From an uncultured Pseudomonadales bacterium (GTDB lineage: Bacteria > Patescibacteriota > Microgenomatia > UBA1400 > CAYNMC01), in NCBI GenBank assembly GCA_964414895.1, contig CAYPXO010000001.1, positions 26,999-90,998 of the forward strand: 64,000 nt of DNA. The letters are read 5' to 3'. This document shows, one piece after another, positions 57,206 through 64,000 of the stretch (positions are counted from its first letter, which is position 1; the number at the start of each line of letters is the position of its first letter). The position numbers and the translations under genes were made by a program. Under the pieces are notes generated by a model. It was not told the DNA's origin. It worked only from the letters and a program-made list of their open reading frames with translations, and did not search any database.

Positions 57206-58726
57206 TCAGGCTACCTGCGTTTCTCTTAACTCTCTTATTACCGTTACTTTAACCTGGCCAGGAACAGAAACTTGATCTTTAACTTTATCTCTTATGTCAA
57301 TCGCCAGCTTAGCTACTGCCGGATCATTTTTTTCTTCGGGATCAACAATCACCCTCAATTCCCTGCCCGCCTGGACAGCATAAGCTTGTCTCACTCCGGA
57401 AAAACTCTTGGCGATTTCTTCCAGTTTTCTTAATCGAGCCGCATACTCTTCATAGTCTTCATAACGAGCTCCCGGCCGACTGCCAGAAATAGCATCGGCA
57501 ATATAAACTAAAACTGCCTCAACACAACTAAAATCCTCATCTCCATGATGTTGAGCAACACAGTCAATAACTTTCCGAGGCATATTGTATTTTTTCAAAA
57601 AGTTAACTCCTATTTGAACATGGCTACCTTCTTCATTAGTAATAACTTTACCAATATCGTGAAGCAGACAACCCAGCCGAACGACATTAATATCGGCCTT
57701 TACTTCATAAGCTAAAGCAACACCTATCTTCGTCTCCTCCAAGGTATGAGAAATCATATTCTGTCCATAAGAAGACCGATAGTGAAAACGTCCTAAAGTA
57801 TCCATTATTTCCCTGGGTAAATTATAAACTTTAACCCTGTGGCAAAGCTCTTCTCCGGATTGATGAATAATTCTATTTATATCTTTCTTTGTTTTTTTGA
57901 CAATTTCTTCGATTCTTACCGGCTGGATTCGACCATCACCAATAAGCTTTTCCAAGGCAACTCTGGCAATTTCTCTCCGCACCGAGTCAAAACTAGAAAG
58001 ACGAATTACTCCTTCCTCGTCCAGATCAACATCAACTCCAGTGGCTTTTTCAAAAGCACGGATATTGCGCCCCTCCCGACCAATAATCCTTCCCTTCATC
58101 TCCTCATCTCTAAGTTTAACTGTCGAAACCGTATATTCAGGAACATAATCAGTTGCTCCTCTTTGCATCGCATCAACCAAAATTTCCTGGGCTTTTTGTT
58201 CAGCAATCTGTTTTGCTTTTTCTTCCTCTTCTCTGACTTGAAGAGCAATTTCCTTTTCCAGCTTCTTCTCCCAGGCCTGAAGGAGAAGTTTTTTTGCTTT
58301 TTCCTTGCTTAAAGAAGCAATTCTCTCCAGCTTGCTTAGTTCTTTTTCTTTTATTTCTTCCAACTCTCGCCTTTTGTGAAAAAGCCGCTTTTTATCTTTT
58401 TCTAAATCTTCTTCTCTTTGTTTAATTCTTGCTATCTTCTGTTGAATTTCTGCCTGCTTTGACTGAATTTTCTGGTCAAGGTTACGCAATTCTCTTTGAC
58501 TCCGATCTAACTGCTCACTGGCCGTTTTCTTAATTTGGAAAGCTTCCTCTTTAGCCTCTAGAATTATTTCTTTAGCTCTCGTTTTCGCTTCTACTAAAAA
58601 CCTGCCATCTCTAGTGCCAACTTTAGTTTTCTTAACAGAGTCTTTGTCTAACTTTTTAGCTTTTTTGAGGGGAGACTTTTTCCCCTTTGCGGCAAAAAGA
58701 GTCCCTAAACGATTAAAAAATGACAT
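57206..58726 (-). CDS. rny: Ribonuclease Y
   Basis: KGRIIGREGRNIR KH domain; LLHDIGK HD domain; QAGRELRV. Confidence 0.95.
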   Translation of the reverse strand: MSFFNRLGTLFAAKGKKSPLKKAKKLDKDSVKKTKVGTRDGRFLVEAKTRAKEIILEAKEEAFQIKKTASEQLDRSQRELRNLDQKIQSKQAEIQQKIARIKQREEDLEKDKKRLFHKRRELEEIKEKELSKLERIASLSKEKAKKLLLQAWEKKLEKEIALQVREEEEKAKQIAEQKAQEILVDAMQRGATDYVPEYTVSTVKLRDEEMKGRIIGREGRNIRAFEKATGVDVDLDEEGVIRLSSFDSVRREIARVALEKLIGDGRIQPVRIEEIVKKTKKDINRIIHQSGEELCHRVKVYNLPREIMDTLGRFHYRSSYGQNMISHTLEETKIGVALAYEVKADINVVRLGCLLHDIGKVITNEEGSHVQIGVNFLKKYNMPRKVIDCVAQHHGDEDFSCVEAVLVYIADAISGSRPGARYEDYEEYAARLRKLEEIAKSFSGVRQAYAVQAGRELRVIVDPEEKNDPAVAKLAIDIRDKVKDQVSVPGQVKVTVIRELRETQVA

Positions 58727-58854
58727 ATTAACCTCCTAAAAACAATAAACAACAAAAAACTAATAAGGGAGTCGAGGCAATGAGTAGAAATAATCGCTAA
58801 AAAATAAATTCATTGCAAATCCTTTTTTTGCTGATTATCGCTTTGACTGATATT

Positions 58855-59358
58855 CTATCTTTTTTTGAGAAAATCGTCAACCATTCTTAAAGCAAGACTG
58901 GAAGAAAAGCCCCTCCTTAAAAGGTGTTTAAATAATCGATCTTTCAGGGCAACCCCATCAAGCTCTTTGTATAAAACGATTTTTTTTTCTAATACTCTTT
59001 TTACTGCTTGAGCCAACTGGCAACTCTTGATTTTAGCTAATTTTTCTTCTATCAAATGCTTATCAACTCCTTTTTGACAGAGTTCCTTTTTTAAAGCTAT
59101 TTTCCCCTTGGGATTAAACTCCATCCGCTGATCAATCCACCAATCAACAAATTCTTCATCATTAACTAGGTTCTCTTTTTCAAGTTTTCCAACGACATCA
59201 TTAACTAAATTCTGAGTTTTATTGCAAAACTTGTTTATTTTTTTAACAAGATAGCTTTGAATTTCTTTTCTGCTTCGAGGTCTAAAACCAAGAAAGCGAA
59301 GTGAATAACTGTAAAGCTTTTCTAAAATTTCCTTTTGTGAAAAATCATCTTCTGTCAC
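58855..59358 (-). CDS. recX: RecX regulatory protein
   Basis: R.RS.KE; ND.EF; L.QKGV; LLRRGF; follows recA. Confidence 0.9.
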   Translation of the reverse strand: MTEDDFSQKEILEKLYSYSLRFLGFRPRSRKEIQSYLVKKINKFCNKTQNLVNDVVGKLEKENLVNDEEFVDWWIDQRMEFNPKGKIALKKELCQKGVDKHLIEEKLAKIKSCQLAQAVKRVLEKKIVLYKELDGVALKDRLFKHLLRRGFSSSLALRMVDDFLKKR

Positions 59359-59364
59359 TGTTCT

Positions 59365-60420
59365 TTATTTTTCTCTTTTCCCTTTTAAATCTTCCTCTTT
59401 AACCATTTTCCAAATTTTTTCCTCTATTCTAGCGGCTAGTTTTTTATCTTCATCTATAGCTACCTTAGCCGCCTCCCGGCCTTGACCTAAAAGTTTTCCT
59501 TCAAATTTATAAAAACTGCCGGATTTCTCAATGACATTCAGTTCTACCCCAACATCCAAAAGCCCGCCAGACCGAGAAACGCCTCCAATATTCATAATGT
59601 CAAACTCAGCTACTCTAAAAGGCGGGGCTACTTTATTTTTTACTACTCTTACTCGGTGACGACTGCCAATAATTTTATCTCCATCATTAATCTTGCCTAT
59701 TTTGCGAGTATCCAGTCGCACCGATGAATAAAATTTCAGAGCCATTCCCCCGGCAGTTGTTTCCGGATTGCCAAACATTACTCCAATCTTCATTCTAATC
59801 TGATTGGTAAAAATCATTGCTGTTTTCGATCGGCTGATTGCTCCGGACAACTTTCTCATCGCCTGGCTCATTAACCGAGCTTGAACACCGACTGAAGCAT
59901 CACCCATCTGGCCTTCAATTTCTGCCTTGGGCACCAAGGCAGCTACTGAATCAACACACAAAACATCAATTGCTCCCGAGCGGATCAGAGTCTCCGCTAT
60001 TTCTAAAGCCTGCTCACCGGTATCCGGCTGAGAAATAATCAAATCGTCCAAGTTAATTCCTATTGATTCGCCACGAGCGGGATCTAAAGCATGTTCGGCA
60101 TCGATAAAAGCTACCTTACCGCCTTTCTTTTGAGCCTCGGCCATTACATGAAGACAGAGCGTTGTTTTTCCAGAAGCCTCCGGCCCATAAATCTCAGTAA
60201 TTCTACCCCGAGGTAAACCACCAACTCCTAAGGCCAAGTCTAAAGCAATTGCTCCTGTTGGAATGACATCAACCTGTAAGTTTTTACTACCATCACCAAA
60301 GCGCATAATCGAACCCTTGCCATAATGCTTTTCAATCTGGGCCATTGCTACTTCAATTGCCTCTAGCTTTTGGTCTTTTACTTTAGAGTTAGAAGAAGAA
60401 TTTTTCTTCGGTCTTCCCAT
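59365..60420 (-). CDS. recA: Recombinase A
   Basis: GPEASGKTT; DSVAAL; ARLMSQA; ALKFY. Confidence 0.98.
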   Translation of the reverse strand: MGRPKKNSSSNSKVKDQKLEAIEVAMAQIEKHYGKGSIMRFGDGSKNLQVDVIPTGAIALDLALGVGGLPRGRITEIYGPEASGKTTLCLHVMAEAQKKGGKVAFIDAEHALDPARGESIGINLDDLIISQPDTGEQALEIAETLIRSGAIDVLCVDSVAALVPKAEIEGQMGDASVGVQARLMSQAMRKLSGAISRSKTAMIFTNQIRMKIGVMFGNPETTAGGMALKFYSSVRLDTRKIGKINDGDKIIGSRHRVRVVKNKVAPPFRVAEFDIMNIGGVSRSGGLLDVGVELNVIEKSGSFYKFEGKLLGQGREAAKVAIDEDKKLAARIEEKIWKMVKEEDLKGKREK

Positions 60421-60479
60421 AAAAATTCCTTTCTCATTTCATTCCTATCATAAATAATGTTAAAATACAAGAGCAATTG

Positions 60480-60554
60480 CGGGGTATGGTCTAGTGGCTA
60501 TGATAGGCGCATGGGGTGCGTCTGACCCCAGTTCGATTCTGGGTACCCCGACCA
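60480..60554 (+). tRNA. tRNA-Pro(GGG)
   Basis: CGGGGTA / TACCCCG acceptor stem; anticodon loop ATGGGGT; TTCGA T-loop; encoded CCA. Confidence 0.92.
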
Positions 60555-60622
60555 TCCGACTCTCCCGACGTAGCGTCGGGATCGCTCAGGGCAAGCAAAA
60601 GGGAATAAAAAGGAGGATAAAG

Positions 60623-61162
60623 ATGGCAAATAAAAAGGCTAGTTCTCTAGCAACTCTTCTCATAATCATCATTATTTTAAACCTTTTGATTCTTAGTACT
60701 TTTCTTTTCTGGTTTTATCAAGAAAAGATAAAAAAACCTCAAACCTCTCCAAGCCCATCCCCAAGTCCCGTAATCACACCATCAATAAAGCCAACCCCTC
60801 AACCAACTTCTGCCCCTTCTATAATGCCTTCGCCAACACCTTTTCCCACTCCTCCACTTCAAACAAAAAGTGATTTAGAACTAATAAAAGAAGCTTTTGC
60901 GGAAAAATATGACAAACCCCTTGCTGATGTTGAAGTAAATATTGATAAACAAACTGGTCCTTATGCCAGTGGTGGGGTGAGATTTGCGGGAGAAATGGGT
61001 GGCGGTATGTGGTTGGCGTACAAAGATTGTGAAGAATGGGTCATTGTCCACGATGGCCATGGGACGATTTCTTGCGAAGCAATTGAGCCCTATGACTTTC
61101 CCGTTGACATCGTCCCCGAATGCTTTAGGGAAAGCGATGGAACAGTAGTCGAAAGAAGCTAA
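60623..61162 (+). CDS. Membrane-anchored Pro/Ser-linker protein
   Basis: AGGAGG SD before MANKK; the longer ORF call overlaps the tRNA. Confidence 0.75.
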   Translation: MANKKASSLATLLIIIIILNLLILSTFLFWFYQEKIKKPQTSPSPSPSPVITPSIKPTPQPTSAPSIMPSPTPFPTPPLQTKSDLELIKEAFAEKYDKPLADVEVNIDKQTGPYASGGVRFAGEMGGGMWLAYKDCEEWVIVHDGHGTISCEAIEPYDFPVDIVPECFRESDGTVVERS

Positions 61163-61524
61163 ATTTCCTAGGTGTTCAGAGATTAACACCTTCCAGGTGA
61201 TGTTTTCATAACGGCTGTTAAGGCCAAGTGAGGGGCATTTTTGACATCTTTTGATATATTTTTATATATTAAACCAGTTTTTTCATTTTTCGATTTCAAA
61301 ATAATCTTTAAATTTCTAACAAAAAAAGTCTACCTCTCTGGCTAAAGTCCGTATAATATATTAGCTACTAGACTTTTTCTTTTCTTATGTTAGAATAAAT
61401 AAGTTTTAAATCTTAAATAGGTCTGTGGTCCTTTGGCTCCTTTTTTCAGGTCTCCAAAGAAGTTTCCACGAAAAAGATATTCCAGTTTTTAAAGATATCC
61501 CATTTAAAGGAGGTGAGTAAATAA

Positions 61525-61818
61525 ATGAATACCAAACTTTATGTTGGCAATTTAGACTATGCTGTAACTGACGATCAACTAAACGACCTTTTTTCTCAAA
61601 TCGGTAAAGTAGTCAGCGCTACAGTCATTACCGACAAATATTCTGGCCGCTCAAAAGGTTTCGGCTTCGTAGAAATATCTGATGAGAAAGAAGCTGAAAA
61701 AGCAATCAAAGAGCTTAACGAAAAAGAATTCCAAGGCAGAAAAATAATAGTTAATGAAGCCAGGCCAAGAAGACCACGTTCTGGTGGCTTCCGCCCAACA
61801 GGCAATAAAGGTTTCTAA
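61525..61818 (+). CDS. RRM RNA-binding protein
   Basis: LYVGNL (RNP2); KGFGFVE (RNP1). Confidence 0.95.
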   Translation: MNTKLYVGNLDYAVTDDQLNDLFSQIGKVVSATVITDKYSGRSKGFGFVEISDEKEAEKAIKELNEKEFQGRKIIVNEARPRRPRSGGFRPTGNKGF

Positions 61819-61896
61819 AATTAACTTTAGTCTCCTGGTTAAATTTCGTCTAGTACATAATACACATAAAGTGTAAACTAATGAAAGAGGGTTTTT

Positions 61897-62088
61897 ATGG
61901 ACTGTAAAATAGACGAAAATCTAAAAAATTGCACCTGTACTTATTCGGGTTGTCCCCGAAAAGGAAAGTGTTGTCTTTGTATTGCCTATCACCGCAAAAG
62001 GAATGAGTTGCCCGGTTGTCTCTTTCCTTCAAAAGCAGAAAAAACCTATGATCGTTCAATAACTGCTTTTATAAAAGCATATTCATAA
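61897..62088 (+). CDS. Cys-rich small protein (DUF6485-like)
   Basis: CTCTY..C.RKG.CC.C..YH....ELPGC.F. Confidence 0.7.
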   Translation: MDCKIDENLKNCTCTYSGCPRKGKCCLCIAYHRKRNELPGCLFPSKAEKTYDRSITAFIKAYS

Positions 62089-62094
62089 AGAACA

Positions 62095-63594
62095 ATGAAA
62101 GTCGTTATTGGCTATCCCCCTTTAGACTCAAAAAAAGGTATTCCCCTTTTAAGCCAAAATCGGCAGTTTCAATGGTTTAAAGTCCCTACTTTCATTTACC
62201 CGATTATCCCTGCTTATGCGGCTACCCTAATTAACCAAGCCAACCACCAGGTAGTCTGGCTTGACGGCATAGCGGGAAAGTGGACTTTTGAAAAATGGCT
62301 TATCGAACTTAAAAAATTAAAGCCAGACTTATTGATGATGGAAGCCAAAACTCCGGTAATTAAACACCACTGGAAGATTATCAACAAATTAAAACGACTA
62401 TTCACTAATCACTTATCACTAATCACTGTATTAGTTGGCGATCATGTCACCGCTCTTCCCGAAGAGTCTTTCAAAAACTCTCAAGTTGATTATATCTTAA
62501 CTGGCGGCGATTATGATTTTTTGCTTCTCAACTTAGTTAACCACTTAACTAAAGGAGAAAAGCTCAAACCAGGAATATTGTACAAAAAGAAAATTCGAAA
62601 TTCGAAATTCGAAATTCGAAACACAGGTAAATTCAAACTAAACCATGACTTAGATAAACTCCCAGTCATAGATAGAGAGCTGACAAAGTGGCAACTTTAT
62701 GCATATAAGAATGGTAATTATAAGAAAACTCCAGGTACTTATATTATGGCTGCCCGCGATTGTTGGTGGCATCGTTGCTCTTTTTGTTCTTGGACAAGCT
62801 TGTATCCTAACTATAGAGTAAGAAAAGTAGAAAATGTCTTAAAGGAAATCGGCCAGTTAATCAAAAAGTATAAAATAAGAGAAATTATGGATGATTCCGG
62901 TACCTTTCCTGCCGGAAACTGGCTCAGAAATTTTTGTCAAGGCATGATTAACAGAGGTTATCATAAAAAAATTTATTTTGACTGCAATTTGCGCTTTGGG
63001 GCACTAACAAAAAAAGATTATAAACTGATGGCTCAGGCCGGCTTCCGTCTGCTTCTTTATGGATTGGAGTCAGCCAACCAAAAAACAATTGATAAGCTAA
63101 ACAAAGGCATAAAAATAAACGAAGTTGAGAAAGAATTAAGAATTGCTAAAGAAGCTAATAAAGAAGTTGTCGGCCATCTTGAGCCCCATCTTACTTGTAT
63201 GGTTGGTTATCCCTGGGAGAAAGAAAAAGATGCCAAAAAAACGGTTCAATTAACTAAAGAGCTCTTTAAAAAGGGTTTGATCGCCTCGCTCCAGGCAAGT
63301 CTCATTATTCCTTATCCAGGAACAAAACTGTTCACTGATTGTCAAAAAAAAAGCCTTTTAAAAACTAAAAACTGGAGACGTTTCGATATGAAGGAACCGG
63401 TTATAAAAAGCCCTATCAGCAACAAAAAACTGCTAAGTCTCACTCGCAACCTTTACCAATCGGCACTCAGTCCCCAATTTGTCCTACAAAAAGTCACCTC
63501 TATTCGCTCTTGGGAAGATATTAGATTCTTATCCAAAATTGGTATAAAATTCTTAGGCCATTTATGGAATTTTAAATACCCTCGTCATTCCTGA
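62095..63594 (+). CDS. B12-binding-domain radical SAM protein
   Basis: CWWHRCSFC (CX4CX2C); GLESANQ; MVGYPWE; PYPGT. Confidence 0.9.
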   Translation: MKVVIGYPPLDSKKGIPLLSQNRQFQWFKVPTFIYPIIPAYAATLINQANHQVVWLDGIAGKWTFEKWLIELKKLKPDLLMMEAKTPVIKHHWKIINKLKRLFTNHLSLITVLVGDHVTALPEESFKNSQVDYILTGGDYDFLLLNLVNHLTKGEKLKPGILYKKKIRNSKFEIRNTGKFKLNHDLDKLPVIDRELTKWQLYAYKNGNYKKTPGTYIMAARDCWWHRCSFCSWTSLYPNYRVRKVENVLKEIGQLIKKYKIREIMDDSGTFPAGNWLRNFCQGMINRGYHKKIYFDCNLRFGALTKKDYKLMAQAGFRLLLYGLESANQKTIDKLNKGIKINEVEKELRIAKEANKEVVGHLEPHLTCMVGYPWEKEKDAKKTVQLTKELFKKGLIASLQASLIIPYPGTKLFTDCQKKSLLKTKNWRRFDMKEPVIKSPISNKKLLSLTRNLYQSALSPQFVLQKVTSIRSWEDIRFLSKIGIKFLGHLWNFKYPRHS

Positions 63595-63697
63595 CTCCGA
63601 TCAGGAATCTATAAAAATAACGCAGTCATCCCGAATTTATTTCGGGATCTATACAAAATAATTACTTCTATAGATTCCGAATCATGTGCGGAATGAC
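63584..63697. repeat. Tandem GTCAT(T/C)CC...GGAATGAC palindromic elements
   Basis: GTCATTCCTGA.TCAGGAATCT; GTCATCCCGAA.TTCGGGATCT; AGATTCC...GGAATGAC. Confidence 0.7.
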
Positions 63698-63715
63698 AAT
63701 GAATATTGATAAAAT

Positions 63716-64000
63716 ATGAAAAGAAGGTTCCCTCTTATCTCCATCATCATTACTACCAAAAATGAAGAAAAAAATATTGAAAATTGTCTAAAAAGCATCA
63801 AGCTACAAAGCTATCCGCAAGAGAAAATCGAAATCATTGTTGTCGACAACAATTCAATTGATAAAACCGTTAAGCTTGCTAAAAACTATACCAATAAAGT
63901 TTTTAACAAAGGGCCGGAAAGATCAGCACAGCGAAATTTTGGCATACTTAAAAAGTCCAAAGGGAAATACACAATGTTTCTAGACGCTGACATGACCTTG
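63716..64000 (+). CDS. Glycosyltransferase family 2 (partial)
   Basis: LISIII...NEE; IIVVDN.S.D.T; RN.G; FLDAD. Confidence 0.9.
   Translation, partial: MKRRFPLISIIITTKNEEKNIENCLKSIKLQSYPQEKIEIIVVDNNSIDKTVKLAKNYTNKVFNKGPERSAQRNFGILKKSKGKYTMFLDADMTL

Noticed and set aside
60480-60554. tRNA-Pro as the prophage attachment site
   Set aside because: No duplicated tRNA 3' end seen; the junction maps to comM.
60494-60622. N-terminal extension of the 222-aa ORF
   Set aside because: Overlaps tRNA-Pro; a good SD supports the start at 60623.
1-64000. Alternative genetic code (TGA or TAG recoding)
   Set aside because: Phage and host genes are full length under code 11, and TGA serves as stop in ATGA overlaps.

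Overview
The window has two parts. Positions 1 to about 38,080 are the right-hand part of a podovirus-like prophage, with nearly all genes on the + strand. In order it carries recombination/replication genes, a ParB-methyltransferase, terminase, a ~3.7 kb moron, portal, scaffold, major capsid, tail and ejection proteins (including a 1907-aa polyvalent protein), a lysis cassette and a tyrosine integrase. The prophage interrupts the host comM gene. The rest is AT-richer host chromosome; gene content and repeat style suggest Patescibacteria/CPR (inference). It contains RNase P RNA, miaA, miaB, a PIN/Phd TA pair, an ABC-2 cluster, hup, rny, recX, recA and tRNA-Pro. The best candidate for an undescribed system is an RNA-level late-gene switch. 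Two late promoters drive leaders that share an identical 22-nt hairpin overlapping an intrinsic terminator. The phage also encodes candidate RNA-binding effectors: a DUF2292/YezD-like protein, an Arg-rich peptide and a KhpA homologue. Other points: comM disruption plus a phage surface nuclease; apparent avoidance of five 4-bp palindromes in the prophage; small palindromic and heptamer repeats invading host genes and RNase P RNA. All family calls come from motif recognition by eye; no searches or counts were run.
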